64,000 bases of DNA from an uncultured bacterium (GCA_963784355.1 CAWAQU010000007.1:96001-160000); one strand, 5' to 3'. Shown: positions 29,715-44,700, counted from the first letter of the stretch. Notes: generated by a model from the letters alone, not told the origin. Translations and numbers: made by a program.

Positions 29715-32700
29715 TTACCCAATCTCCACCTGCAACCCAGTAGCAGTAACAGTATAGGTGCCTTGAGGTAAATCAGTAAACTGGAACTTACCATCAACTG
29801 CTGTACTTGCTTGTCTATTTATTGTAATACCATTAGGCCCTGTACCGGATAGATTAACTTGTACACCACCTATTGGCTCATCGTTATCTTCTAAAGTATA
29901 TATATCCTCATCAAGTCCTGAAATATCAAAACTACCATTATTTTCCTTATCCCTAAATACTTTTCCTGTTATGGAAGAGTTGGAAGTGAGTACCGGAGTA
30001 AACTGGAAGAAGTTGATTGTTGATTTTTGATATATACTTGTATTTGTGATAGTTAGAGTTACCTCACTAACTGAACCTAAGTTGACAGTGGTTGGATCTT
30101 CTCTTTCTCCAGACCTACTTTTAGTTGTATTTGTGTTTAGTTTGCCGGTTAAGTTGTTGAGCTTTTTAATTATGTAAGTACCAGGTTCTAAATATGGGCC
30201 TGTATCAAAGTTACCAATAGTACTGTAAACTACTTCACCATTTTGTTTCTTAACTTCAAAGTTACAACCAGCTACCGGCCCATCAGCTGGGTTGTTGGGA
30301 TAAGTACTAAGCTGTCCGTCACCATTTTTATCATCAATACACTGCCCCTTTAATTTATTAGTATACACATAAATCAGATTATTTGTGATAACTGTACTAT
30401 TATCTATATTGACACCAGCTTTAACTATATCAGCATCGCTGTAGTCTACACCTCCAATCATAGTTGTACCCCATACCCACTTTTCACTAAGTATTTTCTT
30501 ACATTTAATTGTAGTTAAACACTGATCAACTACACCGGAAGCGTACTGAATTGGTATAATAGCGTTAGGAATAGGATTACTCTCCCCCTCGCCATCACTA
30601 AACTTATGCAATTTGTAATTACCAGTTGGCAGTCCTGTAATTTCGTAGTCTCCGCTTGAGTTTGCTGTAGCTGTGTAGGTACCAAGAGGCCCTACCACAG
30701 AAACTACCGTACCTGCAAGTACCGTTTCCCCAGTATTATATTCATTCTCACCTTGCTCGTCGCGTTGGTTGATAAATACTTTACCCTTAATAATATTGTT
30801 AGTGAAAGGACTAAATGGATAGTTCTTTGCTAAATTTTCACTAGCCAAAATACCTATAGGATCAGGGTTAGATAAACCGCCGCCTAAGGTAATTCCGGAT
30901 GGAATATTGTTAATACTAACTGAGTAATTTCCCGGCATCAAATTTCCAATTCCGGTTTGACCGCAACATGGATTTGGGCCAACGTTTGTAGCTACTACAG
31001 AGTTATCAGCTGTAGTTAAAGGATCACCTGTATAAGTCAGGGTAAATCTTATTGGGCCACCTTTTTCAGTTGCTAATTCAGACTCATCCCAGATACCATT
31101 GGCAATTGTGTCATGAAAGGCTCCTATAGTAAAGACTGCATTGTAGTCATAAGTAAAGTCTTGAGTAGTGTTGGTGTCTTGGTATACATATGTCCCTTCA
31201 GCAATGCACATTAAACAAGTTGTGCCACTTGGCGCCACGTCAGCAACTTGTACTCTGTAATATCCTTCAGCAAGGCCTGGGAAGTTGTACTCACCGTTTT
31301 GATTAGTATTTTGGGTAGCAATAAGTATATTATGCATATACAGCTGAATAATTTTTCCACTATATAGCTGTTCATTATCAAAAACAGTTGCCGGATTATT
31401 ATCTAAACCATTTGCTTCATAATCAGTGCTGCCTCTGTTTAAATATACTTTTCCACTTATGCTACTATTGTTTGTTGGGATAAAGCCGTAAGTAAGACTA
31501 AAGTTTTTAGTGATGTTATCAACTGTGAATTGTTTAGTAAGCTCGCTACCGGATAGTGGTGGATAAGGAGACTGCACTTGGGTAAATTCAACTTTGTAAT
31601 CTTTATTAGGAAGTCTTTTGAATATGAGTGTAGCTGGGTCTGTATAATCTGTTTGTGAGCTTACATTACCCAGAATATTCCCAGTAACTGCATCTTTAAA
31701 GACATAGACTCCTGTAGTGATTATAGTTTGATCTCTTCTACCATTGCTTTCATCTCCGTCTTGTTGATTGTTATGATTTTGGTCGATATACAACTGATTG
31801 CCTACATTACCGGTGTATCCAACAGCAAAGTCTCTATTTCTACTATCTACATTAGTTCCAGGAGTGATAGAACCATAATCTCCTCTATTGCGTAAGTTAT
31901 TAAAGAAATACCAACCTTTGTCTCCAAGGTAACTATTACACACAGTACTAGGTAAGCCCGTTAAACTTCCTTCTTCAGGTAAAGTTGTGATTTTAACTAC
32001 CTGATATGCTCCGGGTACTATACCTGTAAAGCTGTATTTACCATCACTATCTGTTGTAGTAGTTGGTGGGTTTAGATTCCACTGATTGACGTCGGCTTGA
32101 GTTTCTCCATATCCTCCCTCACATTTTATCAATTTAAACTGAACGCCTGAATATCTAAAGTCATCATCAAAACCATAGTCATGTCCGTCTGAAATACCAG
32201 TTTGCCCGTTGTTACCTAGTGGCTCATAGCTACCGTCTCCATCCCTATCATTCCAGATGTAACTTGTGATTGAAGAAGATGACATATTTGGAACGTAAGC
32301 AGCACCAGGATAATATCTAAAGCTAACCTCAGAAGTACTTCCTAGGTATACTGTAGTATTTTGTTCTGTAGCTGATAGTTCTGAGTAGAGCTGCTGATCA
32401 AACGGACTTTGAGAGTCGGGAATTAGAATAACAGTATAGTCTCTAGGTGGTATTTCTCTAATACAAGGATTTGCTGTGTTTAGAGTATAGATTTCCGTAG
32501 TTTGAGTAGATAAATAGCTATTGTATCTTAGCTGTACTTTGACCCCATAATCCAGTAAATTGGTATCTGTTGAGTCCAAATCACCATCGTTATTTTTATC
32601 AACATAGACTAAAGGACAAATCTTGGCGGTGTATTCAAATCCGAAGTTCTTATTTCTTATTTTTTCATTGGTTGTTACAGTACTAGCTAAAATTGAATTA

Positions 32701-35700
32701 GTCGGAAGCACTGCCTCAGTACCAAGTGGGGTAGGGACTCTTGTCTCGTAGTCACCCGGTTCAAGATTGATAAATTCATAATTACCATTAACATCAGTGA
32801 TAGTATAGATAGGAGCATCACTAAAGGCATTTGTGGTAGTATTTTTCTTGTATAACCTGACTTCTTTTTCAGTTAAAACTACATCGTTATCAAACACAGT
32901 GATTTCCAAAGTATCTTGACCGTACTTATCAAAAACTCCATTTCCGTTTCTATCAATATATACATTACCTCGAATAGCACCTTTATTGAAGCTAGAGTTA
33001 TTTGTATAACCAAAGTTCAAGGTAGTGTAGCTAGATGAAGCTATTGTCACTGCAACATTGTTTCCTCCTGTAGTTGATGAATATCCATTTGGAATAGTCT
33101 GCACAACTTTGTAATTATTTGGGAATAAATTATTGAAACAATCATTTCCACCACTGGAAGTACTAAAGCTTTTAATTACAGTATTAGGATCACTGGTTCT
33201 GTAAAGTTTAGTCAAAACACCTGGTATTTGAGCCTCATTTTCATCTTTACTCTCGTTAAAGTTTAAATCGTTGTAAGTATTTACTAAACAGATACTAGAA
33301 TTACCGTTGTAACCAAATTCAATATTTTTAGTTTCATTTGGCTGCAATACGACCAGTTGGTCTCCACCTGTTGTGCTGCTGCTGCCATTAGGAGCATCTT
33401 GGGTAATCAAATATTGCCCTGGAGCTACTCCATTGAAACAAGTGCTATTTGAGTTTGATACAACATCAGTCACTTTAGTTTCTAATATTGTTCCGTCGGT
33501 TGATTTTCTGTAGGTTGTGATGTTATCCAGTAGTATATCCTGGCCACTATTAAATTGACCTGGGGTCACAACATCTTCAAAGGTTTTAGCGGCGCAGATA
33601 TTACCATTACCATTGAAACCGAATTTAGGCCCAGCTTCTACTCCAAAGCTTGTGGTGATTGTTAGGTTTAAAGGTGTGGTATTGCTGTAACCGGTTGGAA
33701 TATTACTTGCACTCAGCTTATATTCACCTATTACTTGCGGATTGAAACATTGTTTAGTACTGCTGGTAGTTAGCTCACCGATTGTAATAGTTTCATTACT
33801 ATTTTTCAGAGTTATTTTTACTCCACCAAGCCTTACTTCACCACTATCAAAATTACCATTACTATTATCATCTCTAAATACTAAAGGACAAATCTTCGGG
33901 TTTCCGTTGTAACCGAATTTAACTGTTTTAGTTTCTCCTGAAGTAAAAGTACCAATGGATTGCTCCAGGCCTGTAGTTGAAATAGTATTTTCCAGTAGCG
34001 AAGCGGTTACTTTGTAGTAATTATTGAAAGCAATTATGTCAGTAAAACAGAGAGTGCCATTTGCTTGGAAAGAATTTACTTGATTACCATACTTATCTTT
34101 TAAGCTAACTGTAACACGCCCGTCGTTTATGAGATTTTCCCCCAAGTCGTAATTTCCGTCGCTGTCATAGTCTTCAAAAATCTGATTAGGACAAATCTGA
34201 CTATTTCCTTTGTAATTAAAGATAACATTTTGATCTTGAGCAAAGTTTACAGTCACATTTACTTTGGCAATGTTGGTAGTTTGAGTAAAGCCTCCTGTAG
34301 CATTTGTAATGGTAGCTCCGGTAGGTACAGTTTGCTCTATCCTATAATTACCCGGAATTACATCAGTAAAACAATTACCACTTCCACTTGGTAAATCAGC
34401 TCCAACTTGTTGGTTGTTAGAAACCTTGATTAATTTGCTAATTACACCATCAATTTCAGGCTCACCGGCATTGTTAGTACCATTTTTATTGTAATCATTT
34501 ATGGCAACAGGGCAGACTTTACTGTTACTGTAATAACCAAATTCAGCATTAGTTCCATCATTATTTACGAAGTTTTTAGTTTCCCCATTAGCTAAACTTA
34601 TATTTCTGGTTTGCTCACCTTGAGTTAAGCTTTTTGTGTTAGTGGTATTACCATCAGGAGACTGTTTAACCGTATAATTCCCCGGCATCAAATCTGCAAA
34701 ACAGTTAGTGTTATTGGTGTTGAACTGCCTGACTACTTTAGCACTGTCAATTAGAGTTGTTGTATAGCCAGCTATTAAAGGCTCACCCACGTCTTGAATC
34801 TTGTTTTTATTATCATCTCTAAAGGTAGGATTTGGACAAATTTGCCCGGTACCTTTGTATCCGAAGTAGACAGATTTATCAGTTTCAGGATCTAAACTTA
34901 CAGTCTGAGTTTGGATATTTCCGGTTGTTGTACCTGTAGTTGAAACTCCACCAGTTGGAATAATCTGCTCAATAGTGTAAGTTTTGTTTGGACTAACGGC
35001 TGCAAAACACTTGGTAGAAGAACCATCAGAAGTAATAGTTTCAATTACTGATCCGTTATCTTTAAGAGTACTTACTACTCCAATCATTAATGGTTCGTTT
35101 TCAAAAGTACCAAAAACGCTACTATTATTAATGTAGTCTCTAAATGGTAGGGGACAGACTTTTGCATTTCCTGTAAATACTTCAAAAGTAGAAGAGGCTT
35201 GTAAATTAGGGTTGGTGTCTCCGGCAGTTTGAGTAACTGCTGTATTTCCTGTACCGGCTTGATTTGGAATTGGGTCAACTGTACATACACCGTTTGCTAC
35301 AACTCCAGTTTCAGTAATTGGAGAGTTAAAGCTGGGCCCTGAAAATGTCATACTACAAGTAGCCCCATCCGTACCTTCCAGAGGCTCGTCGTTACCTGTA
35401 TCTTCCAATCCGCTAGTTCTAGCTGTAAATTTGTATCCGGCGTATACCTTATTAATTATGGTATTGTTTGCTCCATATGTGGTACTTAAGACTGTGCCTG
35501 TATTTTTTAATACTGCAGTACTGTTAGTTGCCAGTTTAGCTTTACCGCTAGCAAGCAGTCTATAGCCAAAAGCTGTGTCTTGATTGACTCCGAAAGCTAA
35601 TGTAATAGATTGTCTGACTTTATTGCCAGCTACAGTTCCACCGGTTGAAGATTGTGAGTTGGTGACTAAGTCTTGCTCTACGGTATAGTTTCCTGGAGCA

Positions 35701-38700
35701 ATAGGGCTGAAACAAATCTGTCCACTTTGATCTGTAGATACTTGTTGTTTCAAAGTATTTAAATCGCTACTTAGATACAGTCTTGTTATTTTGCTGTTTA
35801 TTGGTAAATCACTTCCACCAAAGCTACCATATCCTGGTTGACCGGCTTTATCTTTTTCCAGATAAGTTCTGTTGATACAGATTTGAGCGTTTCCGTTGTA
35901 AGCGAAGTTTTTTGTTTCAGTTGTATTTACTCCTAAAACTATCTGGTATTTTACTTTTCTATTTAGATTATCTACAATTACCCCGTTATTAGTTGCCAGC
36001 GGGAAAGTAAGGGTGCCTCCTACCGGATAACTCTGCTCTACAAAATATGTATCATCAAAGAGACTATTAAAACAATTATCTATACTTGTATTAGTTCCGT
36101 TAGTACCATCTACTGTAGTCAATGTTTTTCCGGAAATCGGATTTTGATTAGCATCCAGTAATCTGGTAGCTACACCTGCCAGTAAAGGCTCAGTACTTTC
36201 TTTAGTACCGTTACTATTATCATCTCTAAAGGTATTATTTACACAAATCTTAGAAGTTGGTGAGTACCTTACTTCAGTAGGAGTAGTAGCTGTTTCATAG
36301 GTATAGCTCGCGTTGAAATCAGTATTAAACACACTTACTACTGTTTTTAAAGTAGCACTTCCCGTAGAGCCTACTTGAGCTGCGGTGAAGTTTGTTGCAC
36401 ATTGTCCTTGGCTATCTAGTGTTGAAGTAACTGCAACTTCAGGATTTGCTCCGATTTTTAGAATATTTTTACAAGTTTGCCCGGTTAAATTACCGTTATT
36501 AGCAAAATTTCTAATATTTGGAGAGTAAATTATGGCAGATTGACCGGCAACAAGTGGGTTAGGGGAGAAGGTAAGAGTACCTGGAATAGTCCCTGTAAGA
36601 CCATTATTACCTGTTAGGTACAAATCAAAGCGTCTACTAAAGTTTGTTGTGTTTGTAGTTAGGGTCGTGTCATCACCATTTGAATTTTTACCGGCAACAG
36701 AGACAGTAAAGCTATAGCTTCCTTTTAAGTAACCTAACTCACTTCCTGTTGGGCTAGAAGTGCAAGTACCATTACTTGCTGCAGCTGAAGTTAAGCTAAA
36801 TTGACTACTGTCAGGTTTAGTGATTTTGAACTCACAAGTAGGCCCGTTTAAAGGTTGATTATTTGCAGAATCTGTAAGGCCTGAAACAGTTAAATTAACA
36901 CTTGTACCAACAAAAGTTGTAGTAACAGTAGTAGATCCGTTTACTGTAGGGGAATTGGAGACCGGAGTAGTACCGGTAGCTACCTTTGCTTTGTTTGAAG
37001 GAAAGCCTGTAGTTGGTATAGTAGTTTGGTTAGTTTCAAAAGGATAGTTTGTACTGCTATAGTTTAAAAGAACTATTGTTTTGACTTTCAAGACACCTGC
37101 AGTAATTACATTATTTGCAATTGTAGTCACACATTTTGAGCTTGCATCAAGAGTTGAAGCGTATTCTATTGGAGTCTGGCTATCAATTTGTACTAGGTTT
37201 TTACAAACTAGGCCTTGAGCTAAGTTAGTCGAGTTATCATATTTTTTGATAGTTGGAGAAGTTAGAGTAGGGTTAGCTCCGCCTGAAACAATCGGGCTAC
37301 TGCTAGATGTAATACTTCCCGGTATCTTACCATTTACATCAAAACTAGTTCCATTTGTTAGGTAAATGTCAAAGTATCTGTTGAAATTAGATGTATCCGT
37401 AGTCAAGCTACTACTTGGCCCCGCTACCGAAATACTAGCTGAGTATGTACCTGCTACATATGGTAAATCAGAAGGGGTAAAAGTTTTTTTACACACACCA
37501 CCAACAATGTTACTATCAGAAGCAAAGGTTTGGCTATAGCTATTTGGCCCCGTTATATTAAAAGTACAAGGTATACCATTTAAAGCTTGGTCGTTACCGG
37601 AGTCTTTTAATCCATCAAAAGTTAGGACTATATTACTACCGATAAAACCAGGATTAGGATTGGAAGTTAAAGAGTTGTAAATTGGTTTAGTTTGATTTGG
37701 TGAAGACTGAGCTTTTGCTTTATTGGAAGCAGAAGGGTAAACTGGAAAACCAACTACTTTTCCTTCCGTACTACCTCCACTAGTTACGCTTAAATTAGCT
37801 GTAAAGCTAGTAGCTTGAGTATCAACTGTATCGGGCGCAGGGAATGAAGCTGTAGTTACGCATGTACCCTGGCTTACAGTACCAGTTTTGGCTACTGGGG
37901 TAGAATAGTTTCCGGGGCCATTAATTGTAATTGTGCAAGTACCTGAATATACATCTCCTCCATATTTATTTTTAATATTACTTATACCACCTAGGAAAGT
38001 AGCTCCGGTTGATACTGGGTTAGGGTTTGGACTAAATAGAGCTGAAGTTAAATTAGTTTCAGGTGTATTAGGATCATAGATAGTACCAGTACAACCTGAA
38101 GTAGTAGCCGGGTAAGCAGCAGTAGCTGCCTCAGCGCAGTCACCGTTACCAGCTCCACCATTTACTGTAATTGAAGCCGTGGATGTGCCTTGTGACATAG
38201 TGCCTGTACGGTTGATGTAGTAAAGAGCAATACGGCCTCCTGCTCCGGCGCCACCATTTCCAGTAGAGTTTCCTCCTCCACTAGCACTAATACTACCACC
38301 ACCTGCTAGAGTATTAGCTGTGAGCCAAATGCTACCTCCTGAGCCTCCTCCACTACCATAAGCACCACCGCTTACATTTCCATTAGCACTAATACTACCA
38401 TTAACTGTAATAGTACCAGTTGCTACAAGTTTAATAGCTCCTCCTCCGTTTCCTCCATCTGCCGCACCTGAACAATATCCTCCACTTCCACTACCTCCTG
38501 AACCAAGATCAAGTGGTTCTGTAAGTGATCCATAACTGTTCCCCCCGATATTACCTGTATCAGAATCTCCTCCTTTTCCTCCATAACCTCCACCTGCTCC
38601 TCTTTGACCAGAACAATTAGCGGTAGCCGCTCCACCACCAGTACCGTTACCAGGTTGACCTGCGTTGGCACCTCCACCCGTATAACCCCTTCCATTCACA

Positions 38701-41700
38701 TCAATCTTAGCACCTGTATCTAACGTAATATTATTTGAGTTAATTATGACACTATTATCATGAGTAGCTACATTAGCTCTATGAGTAATAGTACTACCAC
38801 TATTAACAGTTAAAGTATTAAAGTTATATGTGTTTTTAGTACCTAGAGTAACTAAACTACCTGATTTGACTAAGAAAGTATCTGTTACAGTAGGAGTATT
38901 AGTTGTAGTTAAGTCTAAATTAGCGTTTTCAATAGTTAAATTAATTACTGTAAAAGCTGAACTAATAGGTGTAGTAGCAATATTACTTGAAGCAGTAGTA
39001 TTTCTAATAATCAAATCACCATTAGTTTTATCAGCAGGCTTATCATATATTGTACCTGCTCCTCCAGTTTGAAATCCAGTTCCTCCTGAAGCTGTAACAG
39101 CTCCTGAGAAAGTTTTACTTGCTGCTGTTGGGTAGTAAAGAGCAATACGGCCTCCTGCTCCGGCGCCACCATTTCCAGTAGAGTTTCCTCCTCCACTAGC
39201 ACTAATACTACCACCACCTGCTAGAGTATTAGCTGTGAGCCAAATGCTACCTCCTGAGCCTCCTCCACTACCATAAGCACCACCGCTTACATTTCCATTA
39301 GCACTAATACTACCATTAACTGTAATAGTACCAGTTGCTACAAGTTTAATAGCTCCTCCTCCGTTTCCTCCATCTGCCGCACCTGAACAATATCCTCCAC
39401 TTCCACTACCTCCTGAACCAAGATCAAGTGGTTCTGTAAGTGATCCATAACTGTTCCCCCCGATATTACCTGTATCAGAATCTCCTCCTTTTCCTCCATA
39501 ACCTCCACCTGCTCCTCTTTGACCAGAACAATTAGCGGTAGCCGCTCCACCACCAGTACCGTTACCAGGTTGACCTGCGTTGGCACCTCCACCCGTATAA
39601 CCCCTTCCATTCACATCAATCTTAGCACCTGTATCTAACGTAATATTATTTGAGTTAATTATGACACTATTATCATGAGTAGCTACATTAGCTCTATGAG
39701 TAATAGTACTACCACTATTAACAGTTAAAGTATTAAAGTTATATGTGTTTTTAGTACCTAGAGTAACTAAACTACCTGATTTGACTAAGAAAGTATCTGT
39801 TACAGTAGGAGTATTAGTTGTAGTTAAGTCTAAATTAGCGTTTTCAATAGTTAAATTAATTACTGTAAAAGCTGAACTAATAGGTGTAGTAGCAATATTA
39901 CTTGAAGCAGTAGTATTTCTAATAATCAAATCACCATTAGTTTTATCAGCAGGCTTATCATATATTGTACCTGCTCCTCCAGTTTGAAATCCAGTTCCTC
40001 CTGAAGCTGTAACAGCTCCTGAGAAAGTTTTACTTGCTGCTGTTGGGTAGTAAAGAGCAATACGGCCACCTGCTCCGGCGCCTGGAGTACCACCAGTACC
40101 AGCGTTACCACCATTAGCAGTAATACTACCACTACCTGCTAGAGTATTAGCTGTAAGCCAAATGCTACCTCCACTTCCACCTGCTCCTCCATAGCTGCTA
40201 CTTCCACCATCATTTCCATCAGCACTAATACTTCCATTTACTGTAATAGTACCTGTCACTTGTAATTTAATAGCTCCTCCTCCGTTTCCTCCATCTGCCG
40301 CACCTGAACAATATCCTCCACTTCCACTACCTCCTGAACCAAGATCAAGTGGTTCTGTAAGTGATCCATAACTGTTCCCCCCGATATTACCTGTATCAGA
40401 ATCTCCTCCTTTTCCTCCATAACCTCCACCTGCTCCTCTTTGACCAGAACAATTAGCGGTAGCCGCTCCACCACCAGTACCGTTACCAGGTTGACCTGCG
40501 TTGGCACCTCCACCAGTATAACCTCTCCCAACCCCATTAAGCGTACTACCCACACCTATATTCACACTACTTGCATACACTTTAAGTCCAACTCCCTGAG
40601 CTACATTTACAGTAGTTCCTGCTGCTACAGTAAACACTCCTACGTTACAATATCTTCCTGTTAGAGTATCTCCATTAGCTGGAGTAAGATTTGCTCCTTG
40701 AAGATCATTATCACAGTCTAGTTTATTTATACTTACTGTATTTGAGTCTACACTATTACCTGCTCCATTTGCAGCTATTATTTTAAATTGATAATCTTGA
40801 CCTGGAGTAAGACCTGTTACTGTACTATTTGGATTTGTATTAACTCCATCATTATATATTGTTTCAGTAGTAAAATTATTTTGACTATATTTAATTATAT
40901 AATCAGTAATACCACTTCCATTATCAAAAGGAGTTGTCCATTTTAAAAATACTTTATCTCCTTCTGTTTTATCTACAACTAAATCAGTAATAGGGTTAGC
41001 TTTACTAATACCTCCATAAGTAAAACTATTAAATACAACTGAACTAGTCCCATCAGAGTTGGTAATCTTTACAGTTTGAGTACCTGTACCACTTGGAGTG
41101 TAAATTGTAGCTGTAGTAGAGTTGACAAGGTCAGCATATACCTCATTAGCTCCTATTTTAACTATGATACCTCTATTTTCAGAAGATAAGCTTGTAGTTG
41201 GCATGGAGCTGGTATTGTATAATCTATACTTGGTGTTTAGGTAGGATTCGATTGTTTGGCGGTCGGGGTTTGAGAGAGAAGAATTAAAAATTAAAGTTTC
41301 AGCTATATCTCCACTATGATTACCATATGTATCACTACCCAACTGTTTTGGAGCGTACACTGTAGTTTTAGGTGAAGTTAGTCCAGTTCTTACACTTGAA
41401 CCGTTAAGGTATATGGTTGGCTGTTTTGCAGTGTACTGTAATCCTATTAAATTGTTTACTGTTCCTACATTTCCATTATATACTGCCAAAGGCGGCATAT
41501 AGCTGGCCCCATGCTCATATATAGAAATACCGTTTGTACCAAGAGAAATACCAGCCCCCGCATCCATATTTGAAGGCCATAGTAAGTATCTTTGCCCACC
41601 TGTACCAGTGGCTGTACCATTGCTTTCTGCATCAATCTCATGAGTGACATCAGTTTTTGCTACGGAAAAAACAGTAAAATCATTGGTTGCCGGATGATTA

Positions 41701-44700
41701 GCACTTGCAATAAAATCATTACTACCATCAAACCTAACCACAGGCAACCCATTAATCACCCCACTCTTATACACAGGTTGATTAGCTGCAGTAGCTTGAA
41801 CAGCATTATTGTTACTTCCACTTCTATCACTCCATTGACTGACAGCTTGTCCATCAGTACTAGTACCAGCTCCATCATTAGCTTTAAGCCATAACTTATT
41901 ATTAGTACCACTTAGTACTGAACCAAATGAAAAATTATTAAGATTGCTTTGTGAAGTTAAGCTAGGTTCATTATATCTAACAAAAACCTTTTTGCTGCTA
42001 TTTGCTCCTATACTAGGTACCTTCACCCATACCACAGTACTACCACTACCACAACCTCCATCTATCCAATAGTTTAAATCAGTAGTTCCATCAGCATCCT
42101 TTATTCTTAAATCTCCACAATCACTTCTCATTTTACCTGCTGATATTAAAGATTGAGTATCTAATACAAAACTAGTTTCATAGTTACTAAGAGCTGAGCC
42201 TGGGTTGGTGAGAGTTAGTGTTCTTTGGTAAAGATTAGACCCAAAATTGTTACCAGTAATAGTTAGAAAAGTACCTCCACTATTAGGACCTGTATTTGGA
42301 GAGATAGATGTAATACTTGGAGCTACATAACTAAAGCTAAAACTATTACTACCAGTTCCATCTGGATTTACTACTTTAAGCTGTACTGTACCCAAAGCAT
42401 GAGCTGGTGTAATTACTTTAAGTTGGGTAGGGGAGATGTATTGGGTTTGAGATATGAGATTACCATCTATGTTGACGCCACCCCCAAAAGAACCTTCTGT
42501 ATTTGATATTGATACAGTTGGCATGGAGCTGGTATTGTAGAGTTTGTATTTTGTGTTTAGGTAGGATTCTACCACTGAACTATTTTCCGGACTCAAATCA
42601 CTACCCAAGCCTATTATTTCTGCTATATCAACATTTAGATAGTATGTATTCTCAGTAGCAGCTAATTGCATTGATCTAATATCAGTAGGGCTAGCTGTTT
42701 TTAAATTCATCAACATTGGGCTATCAATAGGGGTAAGATTAAACGGATTCACTAAATCTGTACTATTTTTCCTAACTGCTCTTGGGTATGGGTTGAAATG
42801 AAGTATAGTATTCCCTGATTCAAATAAACCCATCCTATTCCCGCCTGAGTTTCCAAGTATACCTCCATAACTAGTAAAGTTAGGAGTGTTTGATTTAAAA
42901 ACTGTAAGATATTGAGAAATTGCTGCTGGATTTTGTATGTTAAGTGTATCATTACTACCATCAAACCTAATCACAGGTAATCCATTAATCACCCCACTCT
43001 TATACACAGGCTGATTAGCTGCAGTAGCTTGAACAGCATTATTGTTACTTCCACTTCTATCACTCCATTGACTGACAGCTTGTCCATCAGTACTAGTACC
43101 AACTCCATCATTGGCTTTTAACCATAACTTATTATTAGTACCACTTAGTACTGAACCGAATGAAAAATTATTAAGATTACTTTGGGAAGTTAAACTTGAA
43201 TCTCCATAAGTAAGATAAACAGTCTTACTACTACTTGCTCCTATACTTGGAACTTTAAACCATACTAAAGTACTACCAGTATTACAACCACTTTCTATCC
43301 AATAACTAAGATCAGTAGTTCCATCAGCATCTTTTATTCTTAAGTCTCCACAATCACTTCTCATCTTTCCACTACTAATCAAACTAGCTGTATCAACCAC
43401 CACACTTCCTTCATAGTTAGTTAGGGGAGTAGTTGATGGGTTGGTTATTGTGATTGTTTTTCTTATTCCTATAATACCAAAGTTACTTCCATTAACAATA
43501 ATCTCTTTACCTCCTGTTGTAGGACTCTCACTAGAACTTAATGAACTAATACTAGGTGCAGCATAAGTAAAGTTAAGACTACTAGTTTCAGTTCCATCAG
43601 CATTAACTATTTTTACTGTAACTGTACCGGGAGCATGTTGAGGAGTTGTAAACTTGAATTGAGATTGGGAAAGTAACTGAGCGCCACTAACTATAGTTCC
43701 ATCTAGCTTTACTTTATTTAGGGATAATTCACTGCCTATTGTAGTGGTAGCTATACTAGAGGTGTTGTATAGCCTGTATTTAACGTTTAAAAACTTTTCT
43801 ACATTCTGACGATCTGTATTGGATAAAGATGAGTTAAACACCAATACCTCGGCAATTTGTGCATTTGAGTATTCTCCAAAAGAAGGGGTACCATTCAAAG
43901 AAATACCATTTGGGCCTGATAGTCCTCCCGCATTACTTGCTATCAAAGTACCGTTTCCATAAATACTTGAAATCGAACCTGTTCCCCCGCCGGAGTATAA
44001 ATTCCAGGATGTATCTGAAGGTGTACTACCGTTAGCTACCCAGCCGTCAGGATGAAATTTATCTTTACCACCTCCCCAGTACCCAAACAACCAGTTATTA
44101 TTCACACCTGCCATTACTCGACTATTAGCCCCTCCAGTCTGCCTAGAGACATAAAGTACGCTATATGGCGGTTGGAAATTTGTATTATTTGTAAGAGTTT
44201 GTGAAGCTGCTGCTGAAAACTCGACTACCGGCAAACCATTTAAAATATTAGATTTAAATTTAGGTTGTCTAGTGGCTGTGGCTTGTGTAAAATTATTATT
44301 ATTTCCACTCTTATCACTCCATTGACTGATTGACTGTCCATCTGCAGTGGCTCCCACTCCGTCATTGGCTTTAATCCATGATTTTAAATTAGCACCCCCT
44401 AATATACTGCCAAAGCTAAAATTTGATATATTACTCTCACTAACCAAACTACTATTACCATAATTCAAATAAATACTCTTACTTGCTCCGGCTGAAATAC
44501 TAGGTACTTTTGCCCAAATTACAGTACTACCACTACCACAACCTCCATCTATCCAATAATTCAAACTAGTAGTTTTATCACTATCCTTTATTCTTAAATC
44601 CCCACAATCACTTTTCATCTTACCTGTGCTTATCAAGCTAGCTGTATCTAAAGTAAAACTAACTTCGTAATCAGTTAAATTAGTTGCTCCAGCTCCACTA

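Noticed and set aside
38423-40555. Repeated 68-99 aa alternative-frame ORFs (MEGVIRVEVP..., MFLVPRVTK..., MVV...)
   Set aside because: Shadow frames of the 915-bp repeat inside the giant CDS; they stay open because of biased codon usage
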